32,000 nucleotides of DNA from Geotalea daltonii FRC-32 (lineage in GTDB: Bacteria; Desulfobacterota; Desulfuromonadia; Geobacterales; Geobacteraceae). The stretch lies in contig NC_011979.1 in assembly GCF_000022265.1 (NCBI RefSeq), positions 2,970,001-3,002,000 on the forward strand, read 5' to 3'. The translations under genes and the position numbers were made by a program. The notes beneath the pieces are model-generated. The model was not told the DNA's origin and ran no database searches. It saw only the letters and a list, made by a program, of their open reading frames with translations. Below, one piece after another: positions 23,898-32,000 of the stretch; position 1 is the stretch's first letter; every line of letters begins with the position of its first letter.

Positions 23898-24812
23898 CTA
23901 GAAAAGGTCAAATGTCTTGCTCAGTTTCAACTCGATCCGGAAACCTTCAGAGGGGGTATTGGCCTCAAACCAGCGAGCCATGGGGAACATGGCCGCCAAT
24001 CCTGCCGCGAATCCAGCCGGCCTGTACTTGAACGCCACCTTCGGCCCGGCATACCATTCATTCTTCGAATCTTTCTGGCTTTTGCCGTTCTTCTCGCTCT
24101 GGTCATTCCAGTCGAACTGCGATTCTGCCCCCATGTCGAAATAATTGTTTATGGCGTAGCCCCAGGCGGTCGTGCTCCGGACGTACATGGGTTTACGGTA
24201 GTCATGAGCTCCTTCGGTAAAGGTGTAGACATGGACCTCCTGGTCGATACGGTGCGAGCCTGTCGAGTAGGTAAGACCGATGGCGCCGCCGGTGCCCCAG
24301 GCACCGTTGCCGACGAAGTCGACGCTTTTGTTGCTGACATCCGTCGTCGGCACCACCAGGCCAACATCTACCGCCAGATCAAACGGTGCACCCTTCGCCT
24401 GATTCATGAGCACCTTGTGCAGGGCGATGGCGGTATCACCAATCCAGCCAAGATGATTCCTTTCGCCGTTGACGTTGTTTTTTTTGTAAACGTCGTAGAT
24501 GGGGGTCGCAGTGCGTATGTCGAGCCCCTCCGTGATGCCGTAGCGCAGTTTCACCACCCCGACATTTTTACTTAGCTTGACCGCTTCGCTTACTTCACTC
24601 CCCCCCTTGCGGACACCGTCGGTCTCACAGTACTGGTAATTTAGGAGGACACCGAGCTTTCCTACCGGAAAACCGGTACCGGCAGGACCGAAGGCGGAGA
24701 TGGCCGGGCCGAAGGGCTGGGGGACGGCAGGGGCATCAGCACCCCAGGTAGGGCCCGTGCAGGTGAAAAGGGCCGCGAGGGAAAGCGGGATGATATGCTT
24801 GTTAAATTTCAT
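23898..24812 (-). CDS. Outer-membrane beta-barrel protein (possibly MetA-pathway/phenol-transporter-like family)
   Basis: Signal peptide MKFNKHIIPLSLAALFTCTGPTWGA, an alternating amphipathic beta pattern, many aromatic girdle residues, and a C-terminal ...LSKTFDLF ending in Phe. The family guess is weak. Confidence 0.7.
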   Translation of the reverse strand: MKFNKHIIPLSLAALFTCTGPTWGADAPAVPQPFGPAISAFGPAGTGFPVGKLGVLLNYQYCETDGVRKGGSEVSEAVKLSKNVGVVKLRYGITEGLDIRTATPIYDVYKKNNVNGERNHLGWIGDTAIALHKVLMNQAKGAPFDLAVDVGLVVPTTDVSNKSVDFVGNGAWGTGGAIGLTYSTGSHRIDQEVHVYTFTEGAHDYRKPMYVRSTTAWGYAINNYFDMGAESQFDWNDQSEKNGKSQKDSKNEWYAGPKVAFKYRPAGFAAGLAAMFPMARWFEANTPSEGFRIELKLSKTFDLF

Positions 24813-24921
24813 TGGCTTACTCCTTGGAACTGGGTCCCATTGTGTTGCTATCGAACTGCCGTGAATGAACTGTTATTCCTGCTGACATGGCACCAGTGTG
24901 GTTAGAGGTACTGTAGGTGAT

Positions 24922-25671
24922 TCAGGCTCCCGCGGGGAGCAACTGATAGAGCAAAGTCGTCAAGTTGTTGAAGAGACCGAAAAAAAGGAGGATGCCTACG
25001 GCCATCAGCAGAAGGCCTGTAAAGAATTCCATCTTCCGGATGTGCGACTTGAAGCGTTTGAAAAAATCGAGAAAACTGTGGAACAGCAAGCCGGAGATGA
25101 TAAACGGTATCCCAAGTCCTGCCGCATAGCTGCCGAGCAACAGCATGCTCTTTGCGGTCGAACCCGACGTGCCGGCCGCCATGGCGAGGATGGCCCCGAG
25201 GATCGGGCCGATGCAGGGGGTCCAACCGGCGGCAAAGGCAATCCCCACGAGGAAGGTACCCGCCAGGCCGCGCGGTTTGTTCTGAATGTGGATCCTTTTG
25301 TCCCCCAGCAGGAGCCCGAAGTGGAACAGCCCTGACATATGGATGCCGAAGAGGAAGATCAGCAGGCCGCCGGCCCGCTGCAGCCAGACCAGCCCGTCCT
25401 TCATGACCGACTGGAAGGTGGAGGAGGCGACCCCGGCAAGAGCCCCCATGCCGACGAAAACTGCGGAGAATCCCAGGACGAAGGTCAGGGAGTGGGCGAG
25501 AACGACCAGACGCACCTTCGCTCCCGGGTGTGCCTCCTGCAACTGCCCGAATGAGAGTCCGGTGATGTAGGTGATGTAGGAGGGAATGAGGGGGAGCACG
25601 CAGGGGGAGAAGAAGGAGAGGAATCCCGCCGAGAAGGCGATCCAGAAGGTGATTTCGGGGCCTAAGGTCAT
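24922..25671 (-). CDS. ccdA: CcdA/DsbD-family transmembrane thiol-disulfide electron transporter
   Basis: FLSFFSPCVLPLIPSYITYITG and FAAGWTPCIGPILGAIL are the two conserved Cys-containing TM motifs of CcdA/DsbD-beta. The protein has about six TM helices. Confidence 0.9.
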   Translation of the reverse strand: MTLGPEITFWIAFSAGFLSFFSPCVLPLIPSYITYITGLSFGQLQEAHPGAKVRLVVLAHSLTFVLGFSAVFVGMGALAGVASSTFQSVMKDGLVWLQRAGGLLIFLFGIHMSGLFHFGLLLGDKRIHIQNKPRGLAGTFLVGIAFAAGWTPCIGPILGAILAMAAGTSGSTAKSMLLLGSYAAGLGIPFIISGLLFHSFLDFFKRFKSHIRKMEFFTGLLLMAVGILLFFGLFNNLTTLLYQLLPAGA

Positions 25672-25684
25672 GACGGAATCTCCA

Positions 25685-26191
25685 CTAAAGTGATTTCAGG
25701 TAGCTGACAACCTTGGGGGCATCCCATTCAATCCCGCCGGTCACTCGCTGCCGTATGATTCCCTTGCGGTCGACGATGAAGGTATCCGGGAGACGATTGG
25801 CACCGTACCTCTGCTGCACCTGGCCCGCCGCATCACTGAGAAAGTCGAACGAGACGGGAGCCCGGCGATACTTTTCAGGGATGCGTTTCTCGATGTTGAC
25901 TGCCAGGATCACCAAGTCCCCCTTGGGAAAGGACCTGAGCAGCCGGTCCATGGAGGGCATTTCATCGCGGCAGTAGGGGCACCAGGATGCCCAGAAGTTC
26001 ACGAGGACGATCTTGCCGCGGTACTGGGACAGGCTTTTGCTTTCCCCCTTCAGGGTTGGCAGCCTGAAGTCAGGGGCCGGCGAGCCTACCCGCACCAGTC
26101 CGACATCATCCTGCGCCTGGCTCGGAGTTGCCACGGCGAGAACCGTGAGGGTGAAAAGGCAGGCGCAGATGGAGCGGAGCAATCGGTTCAT
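25685..26191 (-). CDS. Periplasmic TlpA/ResA-like thioredoxin-fold thiol:disulfide oxidoreductase
   Basis: A signal peptide followed by GKIVLVNFWASWCPYCRDEMP (WCxxC active site). Confidence 0.9.
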   Translation of the reverse strand: MNRLLRSICACLFTLTVLAVATPSQAQDDVGLVRVGSPAPDFRLPTLKGESKSLSQYRGKIVLVNFWASWCPYCRDEMPSMDRLLRSFPKGDLVILAVNIEKRIPEKYRRAPVSFDFLSDAAGQVQQRYGANRLPDTFIVDRKGIIRQRVTGGIEWDAPKVVSYLKSL

Positions 26192-26238
26192 GTCACAACC
26201 TCTCTTTGTGCGGTTTCGGTGCTGTGGAATCGTACAGC

Positions 26239-26272
26239 GCCTCAGGCTGAAGGAGGTCCTTCAGCCTGAGGC
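26239..26272. terminator. Perfect 16-bp-arm hairpin between assT and the thioredoxin gene
   Basis: GCCTCAGGCTGAAGGA-GG-TCCTTCAGCCTGAGGC, followed by TTTTT on the plus strand only. The flanking genes are on the minus strand. Confidence 0.45.
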
Positions 26273-26287
26273 TTTTTGGTAAGACTG

Positions 26288-28165
26288 TTACTTGGTGAAG
26301 GCCTTATCCACGCTGAACGGCATAGCCTGGTAGCCGGTGGTATCCTTGAGCTGGATCTCAACCGCCGGCTCTTTGGAGCCGTAGTTGAATTCCATGATGT
26401 AGGGGTTGGGGTCGCTCTTGAATGCGCCGGTGGCGATGTCGAAATCAGCGCCGGCCGTCGCCGAGTAGACAAAGACGGAGTCCTTGTCGGTCTGGTATTC
26501 GGTGAGCGAGGTGACTGGGCTGTACCAGCCGTTGCCGCGCTCCTTGCCGAACTCCCAGAGCTGCTCGATGGTCATTTTCTTCTGGTCGATCTTGTAGATG
26601 ACGGCGCGGGAGTACTTCATGCTCGGCAGGGCCGGTTGCTCCATGCCGCGGCTGTCGCCGTTGTCGAAGACGCTCAGGTAGAGGATGTTGCCCTTGGACT
26701 TGCTGTCGATCTTGAAGGCGGTGTGCTGCGTCCAGCTCCAGTCGAAACCACCCTCGTCGTTCTCGTAGCCGGGGCACTTGGAGCCGCCGGCCTCGCATAC
26801 GATCTTGTTCCCCTTGGAGTCCACCGGGGTCAGGAACTTGCCCTGGTATTCCTTCTTCCAACCTTCGGGGCTTCCCAGGATCCACTTGACCTGCTTGTCC
26901 CGGCCGATCTTGACCACGGCCGACTGGTGGCGGGAGCTGATGATGATGGAATCGTCCTCGGCGTCATGGTCGACGCTGTTCACGTGCGCCCAGTTCCGGC
27001 CCGGTCCGACGCCGACGATGTCGCCGAACTTGTCGCTCGCGTCCTGCTTGGCCAGCTCCTCCGCGGTCATGGTGTGGCCCGCCTTGCTGGCGTCGATGTT
27101 GAGGCAAACCGCACCCTGGTCGAGCACCTTCATGTTGATGTCGCGGTAGGGATCGAGGATTTCGAAGAGGCGCCACTCGTCCTTCACTAGGCCGGAGCTC
27201 GGTTCGACCTCGATGATCACGTCGCGCACGGTTCGGACGTTTCTGCCGTCGGGCCGCTTCAGGTTGGAGCTCGCCACGCGGAGGAAATAGTTGCCGTTGG
27301 GGGAGTTGTCGATGGAGTGGGAGACGTCGTTGTAACCGGCGGGAAGCTCGCGGTTGAAGACCTCTTTCCCCATGATGTCGTACTTCACGTAGCGCTGACC
27401 GAAGCCCCAGCTCATGGCGCCGTCATCGTTCTGCTTGAAGCCCATCATGACGCCGGCGTTGTAGATCGACTTCAGGTCGTAGATGGTGTCGACTTTCATG
27501 TACCAGCGGACTTCGCCCTTAGTGTCGACGATGAAGTTCTGCGGGTAGTAGTTCCACTCGAGGGCGCCGCCCATCGGGTTGTTCCAAACCGCCCTGGTCC
27601 CTTTGCCTGCCTTGTGCAGGAAGTTGTTGACGAAATAGAGTCGGTCGCTGTACTTCTTGTCGACCTTCTTGACCTCAGCACTTGAGAAGAGGGCGGCCTT
27701 CAGCGTCTTGGTGGCGTTCGGCTCGGAATACACCGGGGGGGCGTAGAGGGTGTAGCTTTCCTTGACCTGCTCCCACTTGCCGTTGAAGAGCTTCGAGTAT
27801 TGGACATCGACGGTGTTTACGTAGTCTGCGTAGAGGCCGAACACCGGGATGCCGCCGTGGGTCAGAAGATGCTTGTTGGCGACCCGGTATTTGATTTCCT
27901 GCCCGTCCTTTTTCGGGACGATCCGCACCGTTACGTCCTTGATGACGTACCCGCCGTTTTTGATGACTGCGGTCAGGGGGGCGATGTCGTAGGGGTTCAT
28001 GACAACCTCGCCGAGTTTACCCTGGACCTGATAGTCGACATGCGGGCCGCTGGCTCCACCGATGGCCAAGGCCATGGTCGGGACTGCAGCTCCGAGCATC
28101 GCAGAGCACAACACGATCCGCGCCACTCTTCCGGTTTTCACTAGTACTGCTTTTGGACTATTCAT
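26288..28165 (-). CDS. assT: Periplasmic aryl-sulfate sulfotransferase (ASST family)
   Basis: NWAHVNSVDHDAEDDSIIISSRHQSAVVKIGRDKQVKW and overall beta-propeller-like composition match ASST. The start is set at the ATG (CAT at 28163-28165) after AAAGGAGAAAGG, which gives the signal peptide MNSPKAVLVKTGRVARIVLCSAMLGAAVPTMALA. The upstream ORF extension would overlap dsbI. Confidence 0.85.
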   Translation of the reverse strand: MNSPKAVLVKTGRVARIVLCSAMLGAAVPTMALAIGGASGPHVDYQVQGKLGEVVMNPYDIAPLTAVIKNGGYVIKDVTVRIVPKKDGQEIKYRVANKHLLTHGGIPVFGLYADYVNTVDVQYSKLFNGKWEQVKESYTLYAPPVYSEPNATKTLKAALFSSAEVKKVDKKYSDRLYFVNNFLHKAGKGTRAVWNNPMGGALEWNYYPQNFIVDTKGEVRWYMKVDTIYDLKSIYNAGVMMGFKQNDDGAMSWGFGQRYVKYDIMGKEVFNRELPAGYNDVSHSIDNSPNGNYFLRVASSNLKRPDGRNVRTVRDVIIEVEPSSGLVKDEWRLFEILDPYRDINMKVLDQGAVCLNIDASKAGHTMTAEELAKQDASDKFGDIVGVGPGRNWAHVNSVDHDAEDDSIIISSRHQSAVVKIGRDKQVKWILGSPEGWKKEYQGKFLTPVDSKGNKIVCEAGGSKCPGYENDEGGFDWSWTQHTAFKIDSKSKGNILYLSVFDNGDSRGMEQPALPSMKYSRAVIYKIDQKKMTIEQLWEFGKERGNGWYSPVTSLTEYQTDKDSVFVYSATAGADFDIATGAFKSDPNPYIMEFNYGSKEPAVEIQLKDTTGYQAMPFSVDKAFTK

Positions 28166-28224
28166 ACCTTTCTCCTTTTGATTGTGTGCGGCGAGATGCC
28201 GCCCCTTTCGTCTAAATTCTTTCA

Positions 28225-28938
28225 CTAGGCCTTGTGCAAATTTCCGGTGCAGGCAGAACTTTCTGTGTGTGTTACAGAATGGCGCTTGCGCCACAGGGTA
28301 ACGATCCAGCAGGCTGCCGCCACGACCAGGAACAGGAGCACGACACCGAAGGTGATCACGGTGCACTGGGCCATGTTCATGAAATGGGAGGGAGGCCAGA
28401 GATACCACCCTTCGGAATAGAAGTCGGTGATGGCCTTCTGCAGGTTGCTCAGTTGGGCTCCGTCAGGAATGATCGGGTTGTCGTAGCCGCAGTCTCCAGT
28501 CGGCTTGAACCATTCCGGAGACCACTTGTCCAGGGGAAGGTGGAAGGGAAAGGTGGGCTCCGGGGAGCACCCCTGCACGCCGAAGATGTCGTCGCTGTGG
28601 GCGGCGTGATGGATCTTGTTGAGCTTGATGCTGTAGAGGACACCTTTGAAGCTTCCCCAGATGGCGAACAGGTAGCCGACGATCTTCAAGCCTGGGTTTG
28701 AGGGCTTGATGGCCGCGACGACGCCGCCGAAGGCCATGGCGAAGAAGGCCAGCCTGATGTAGACGCACTGCTCGCAGGGTCTCATGTAGAGCCAAATCTG
28801 GAATACGGAGTGAGCCAGGATGACCATGAACAGGCTGAGCACCGCCATGAATACCCAGAGAAACCGCTTGTCCTGCCATTGGCTGATGGTTTGTATCGGT
28901 TCTGACCTGAAGCTGCTGATCATTTCTGAGAGTTTCAC
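28225..28938 (-). CDS. dsbI: DsbB-family membrane disulfide oxidoreductase (DsbI-like)
   Basis: MRPCEQCVYIRLAFF is the DsbB CxxC in TM1. A second Cys pair lies in the periplasmic loop (GCSPEP...GDCGYD). The GTG start follows AAGGAGA. The synteny matches the E. coli assT-dsbL-dsbI cluster. Confidence 0.8.
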   Translation of the reverse strand: MKLSEMISSFRSEPIQTISQWQDKRFLWVFMAVLSLFMVILAHSVFQIWLYMRPCEQCVYIRLAFFAMAFGGVVAAIKPSNPGLKIVGYLFAIWGSFKGVLYSIKLNKIHHAAHSDDIFGVQGCSPEPTFPFHLPLDKWSPEWFKPTGDCGYDNPIIPDGAQLSNLQKAITDFYSEGWYLWPPSHFMNMAQCTVITFGVVLLFLVVAAACWIVTLWRKRHSVTHTESSACTGNLHKA

Positions 28939-28950
28939 GACATATCTCCT

Positions 28951-29616
28951 TTATTTGGTCTTCAGCTCGTTGATAAGCTTCAGCATGCCGTCTATGGAGG
29001 TGATGCTCTTGGTCATGATGAGGTACTTGCCGTTGATGACGAAGCCGGGAACGCCCTGGACCTTGGCAACATCATAGGACTGGTCCCACTCTTTCAGCAG
29101 CGCCTTGACCTTGGGGTCGTTCTTCGCTTTGTCAAAATCGGCCTTCGTCATGCCGACGGCGTCGAGACCGGTCTTCAGGTAGGCGTCGGGGCCCGCATCC
29201 CAGCGCTCTCTCTTGTCGTGGTAGGCGGTGTAGTAGGCCATCTTCGCCTTTTTCAGCAGGGATTTTTCGGTGTAAAGGTCACGGTCGGAGAGGCCGGCCT
29301 TCTGATCCTTGAGCAGCAGTACGGCAAAGAGTTCGCTTCCCTGGACGCCGTACTTGCCCTTGGTCTTAAGGTGGAAGGGGCGGAACTTGAGATCGCTCGG
29401 CAGCTTGGGAACCAGGTTCGGAGTGATTTTTTTATCGTACTTGTAGCAGAAGGGGCAGTCGTAGCTGAACACCTTGATCAGGGTCCCCTGGGCGTTTGGG
29501 ATCGGTTTTGCCAGCTTGACGTAGTCGGTACCTTCGGTGAAGGCGAAGCTGGTACCGGCAAGAAGAGCTACCAGTGCGAAACTCTTGGCGATTGTTTTTG
29601 CGAATTTGAAAGACAT
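28951..29616 (-). CDS. dsbL: Periplasmic DsbA-family oxidoreductase (DsbL-like)
   Basis: A signal peptide, then VFSYDCPFCYKYD (CPFC active site) and the C-terminal VQGVPGFVINGKY (cis-Pro loop). The start is chosen at the second ATG, 7 nt after GGAG. The ORF opens at 29622. Confidence 0.8.
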   Translation of the reverse strand: MSFKFAKTIAKSFALVALLAGTSFAFTEGTDYVKLAKPIPNAQGTLIKVFSYDCPFCYKYDKKITPNLVPKLPSDLKFRPFHLKTKGKYGVQGSELFAVLLLKDQKAGLSDRDLYTEKSLLKKAKMAYYTAYHDKRERWDAGPDAYLKTGLDAVGMTKADFDKAKNDPKVKALLKEWDQSYDVAKVQGVPGFVINGKYLIMTKSITSIDGMLKLINELKTK

Positions 29617-29806
29617 GATCATTCTCCTTGATAGTGATTTAGATATTGTTGGTTCTACAGATCCTGGCCTCGTGGTGATGTGTCGTCTCGGGATGTTGAA
29701 TGTTCCTCCTTTCTTGCCGATTGCTAGGGTTGGTGAAAGTGCTGCTTGTTGTTAGACAACCAAAATGAACCTAAATAAAGGATTTTATTTTTTAGAATTA
29801 TAAAAA

Positions 29807-29866
29807 TGTAAATTGGTTTACATTTGTTGTTATATTTGCTTTTTGGTTTATTTAACAAAACCAAAA
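29807..29866. promoter_or_regulatory. Cluster of AT-rich symmetric elements upstream of dsbL
   Basis: It holds the palindrome TGTAAA-TTGG-TTTACA (29807-29822), copy A of the 21-nt motif TTGGTTTACAyTTrTTGTTAT (29813-29833), and a perfect 9-bp inverted repeat TTTTGGTTT-N8-AAACCAAAA (29841-29866). All were read directly from the sequence. It lies about 190-250 nt upstream of the dsbL start. Confidence 0.4.
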
Positions 29867-30192
29867 TTGATGTGTCAAGGTTTTTTTATAAGTTTTGTGC
29901 GCGTGCCACCGACAGGCGTTCGACTGCGTCTTCTGCCGGCGCGGGACGGTAACCGGACGACCTGCGCATCTTTGCAGAGCCTTGCCATGGCGATCCTTTC
30001 TGCGTGGATGGAATCAGGATAACTAAGAGTCTTTGAACAGCGGGTTGTACCGATAGAGCTTTAAAGGATAAATTTGCCCAGATTGAACCAACACCCAAAA
30101 CGGGTTATGCGATGATCGTAAATGCTTTGAAATGGAGAGGTTTGAAGAGAGGGAATAGGGAGGAACAGTAATTACGGAGAAGAAATTTTATT

Positions 30193-30213
30193 TTGGTTTA
30201 CACTTATTGTTAT
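30193..30213. promoter_or_regulatory. Copy B of the 21-nt motif TTGGTTTACAyTTrTTGTTAT, upstream of the histidine kinase gene
   Basis: ttggtttacacttattgttat compared with ttggtttacatttgttgttat at 29813-29833 gives 19/21 identical in the same orientation. It lies about 120-140 nt upstream of the ATG at 30335. Confidence 0.4.
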
Positions 30214-30334
30214 TATGAAGTAAACTAAACTAACTAGCTTTGACACTATGTATACGGCCCGAACCATGCACCTCTGGCAATGCCTGGAGCACCGGTTCGA
30301 CTTACGAGGAACTACCCCGAAGAGGGACCGCCCC

Positions 30335-32000
30335 ATGAGAAAATTTCTCGAAGCGAACAAAAACCGCATCGTCATTGTCACCTATATTCTGCTCTTCTGC
30401 ATGTTCTGCTTCTTTTCGCTGATGGACCTGCACAAGAGGACATCCGATTACGCCTACTTCGCCAACAAGATCAACAGTTTCATCAAGAATGCCCACGACA
30501 GCGAGTCGGAGTACCTTTCCTCGAGGCTGGCCAACTATGTTAGTGCCGTTGCTCAAGAGAAGGACTTTGCCCGGCTGCTGGAAAGCAGTGATACGGAAGC
30601 CCTGCAGAAGGCCGCCGAACCGGCTTTCCAGGATTTCGGAAAACGGTATGTTCCGGTCATCTCGGTCCTGATTTATGACCGCAACGGAAAACTCAGATAC
30701 CACATGATACCTCCATCCATCCCCCACGACCCGGAACGATTCAGGCCGAATGTGAGCAAAGAGGTCTTCACCACGAAAAAATATACCTATGGGTATGAAA
30801 CCAATATTGTCCCCCTATACTTCTGCACGGTCCTTCCGGTTAGGGACAGTCTTTCAAATGTAGTCGGGACGATAGAAATAGGTGTTGACCTGTCCTTTTT
30901 CCACTACAATCTCAAATGGTTTTTGAAGGATGTGAAGACAGCTATTTTTTCCAAAGGTAAGCTCATAGAAAACCAAGGCGCTTACAAAACAGATTCTGCA
31001 GAGTACGTGTACGATTACTACAGAAAGCTTAAGGCCAATGACATCCAGTTTTTCAATCAGTTCAAAGACAGAATCGATTTCAAACGGACAAAAAACGACA
31101 TACAACTAGGGGAGAGATATTACCTGGTGAGCACATCGCAGGTACTCCGCGACAATGGAGGTCGCGAAGTTGGGAAATATTTGGTCGCCTATGACATGAC
31201 CGAACTGCGGAGCCGTCACTGGGGCTATTTCTACGTCTGGCTGCTGTTCTTTGCCATAACCGCTTCTGTCATGCTGTTTATTAACCTGGTCGGGTTCAGA
31301 AAGTACGAGCGTATCATCACCAATCAGGATAAGATGTTGGCCCAGCGCTCAAAGCAGTGCGCCCTCGGGGAAATGCTGGGGCATATAGGACACCAATGGC
31401 GGCAACCGCTCTACAACCTGTCGCTGATCGTTCAGAATATCGGGCTGCAGAACCAGCTCGGTAAACTGGACGACACACTGCTCAACAACCAGATCACCCA
31501 GGCGAACCAGAACATTCAGTACATGTCCAACATCATCGATGACTGGCGCTCTTTGCTGATGTCCGGCAGCAGTCGAACGGTGATCGAGCTTCAGGCATCT
31601 GTTGAGCGCGCCATTGCGATGGTGGCACCGGTCATGGAACAGAGCCGGATCACCATTGAAAACCGGATCACCTCGCAGGTGCATACCATGGGGTTCGTCA
31701 ACGACTTGGTGCAGGTAACCATCAATGTGCTATTGAACGCCCGGGATCAACTCTCCCTGATTACCGGTGAGCGAGTTGTCCTCCTCTCCTGCCAGGAAGA
31801 TATCGATTCTCTCGTAACCGTTACCTTTCAGGACAACGGTGGCGGGATACCCAATCATCTGCTGAGACGAATTTTCGAGCCTTATGTCACCACCAAGGAC
31901 AAGGCGGACGGCACAGGCCTCGGACTCTATCTCTGCCGTCAGATAGTCGAAAATCTCGACCAGGGCCGGGTCTGGGCGGAAAACAGATCCTTTGTACTGC
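30335..32000 (+). CDS. Membrane sensor histidine kinase (periplasmic sensor domain between two TM helices; HisKA + HATPase_c), 3'-truncated by the window edge
   Basis: This ORF is not in the supplied track because it has no stop in the window. I translated it by hand and found no stop from 30335 to 32000. It has TM1 IVIVTYILLFCMFCFFSLM, a periplasmic region of about 270 aa, and TM2 YFYVWLLFFAITASVMLFINLV. It also has the H-box GEMLGHIGHQWRQPL, the N-box NVLLNARDQ, and the G-boxes FQDNGGGIP and DGTGLGLYLCRQIV. Confidence 0.85.
   Translation, partial: MRKFLEANKNRIVIVTYILLFCMFCFFSLMDLHKRTSDYAYFANKINSFIKNAHDSESEYLSSRLANYVSAVAQEKDFARLLESSDTEALQKAAEPAFQDFGKRYVPVISVLIYDRNGKLRYHMIPPSIPHDPERFRPNVSKEVFTTKKYTYGYETNIVPLYFCTVLPVRDSLSNVVGTIEIGVDLSFFHYNLKWFLKDVKTAIFSKGKLIENQGAYKTDSAEYVYDYYRKLKANDIQFFNQFKDRIDFKRTKNDIQLGERYYLVSTSQVLRDNGGREVGKYLVAYDMTELRSRHWGYFYVWLLFFAITASVMLFINLVGFRKYERIITNQDKMLAQRSKQCALGEMLGHIGHQWRQPLYNLSLIVQNIGLQNQLGKLDDTLLNNQITQANQNIQYMSNIIDDWRSLLMSGSSRTVIELQASVERAIAMVAPVMEQSRITIENRITSQVHTMGFVNDLVQVTINVLLNARDQLSLITGERVVLLSCQEDIDSLVTVTFQDNGGGIPNHLLRRIFEPYVTTKDKADGTGLGLYLCRQIVENLDQGRVWAENRSFVL

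Noticed and set aside
26276-27190. 304-aa plus-strand ORF antisense to assT
   Set aside because: It mirrors the strongly supported ASST coding frame. It has a low-complexity Val/Leu/Gly/Asp composition and no motif or RBS.
28166-28408. N-terminal extension of the assT ORF (the track gives 706 aa starting at 28408)
   Set aside because: The extension overlaps the 3' end of dsbI, has no signal-peptide character and is Arg/His-rich. The internal ATG at 28165 has a strong RBS and is followed by a proper signal peptide.
30302-30727. 141-aa minus-strand ORF at the start of the histidine kinase gene
   Set aside because: It is antisense to a continuous open frame of over 550 codons that has a TM-sensor-TM-HisKA-HATPase architecture.

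Overview
This 32-kb window comes from a GC-rich chromosome that looks Geobacter/Desulfuromonadota-like. That origin is an inference from a giant cytochrome carrying the CxxxxCH...CxxCH pattern. Left flank (1-8.6 kb): a 2093-aa surface protein combining cadherin-like repeats with about 20 haem-binding motifs, a small ribbon-helix-helix protein, and an NfeD-SPFH membrane pair. Centre (about 8.7-19.1 kb): twelve plus-strand genes, tightly packed and often overlapping, that look more AT-rich by eye than the flanks. They encode five TIR domains, one NDT/TIR-like domain, an alpha/beta hydrolase, a TPR-trypsin protease and a PfkB kinase. They also encode the triad QueC-like + TGT-like + OGG-like, plus a stand-alone SLOG protein. 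That triad is the ancillary signature of type IV CBASS, yet I find no CD-NTase anywhere in the window, and the TGT domain is fused to a TIR domain. I consider this TIR-centred, 7-deazaguanine-linked operon the best candidate for an undescribed defence or signalling system. Right of it (19.2-23.8 kb): small membrane proteins and lipoproteins, a DUF167 gene, a HigBA toxin-antitoxin pair and a 3' fragment of a flotillin-like gene. Then (23.9-29.6 kb, minus strand): a six-gene periplasmic cluster, dsbL-dsbI-assT plus TlpA-like thioredoxin, CcdA and an outer-membrane barrel. The window ends with a 712-nt AT-rich regulatory region carrying repeated motifs and a sensor histidine kinase that runs off the end. 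No rRNA, tRNA, CRISPR array, integrase or transposase was recognised. All family assignments come from reading motifs by eye and need HMM or structure confirmation.
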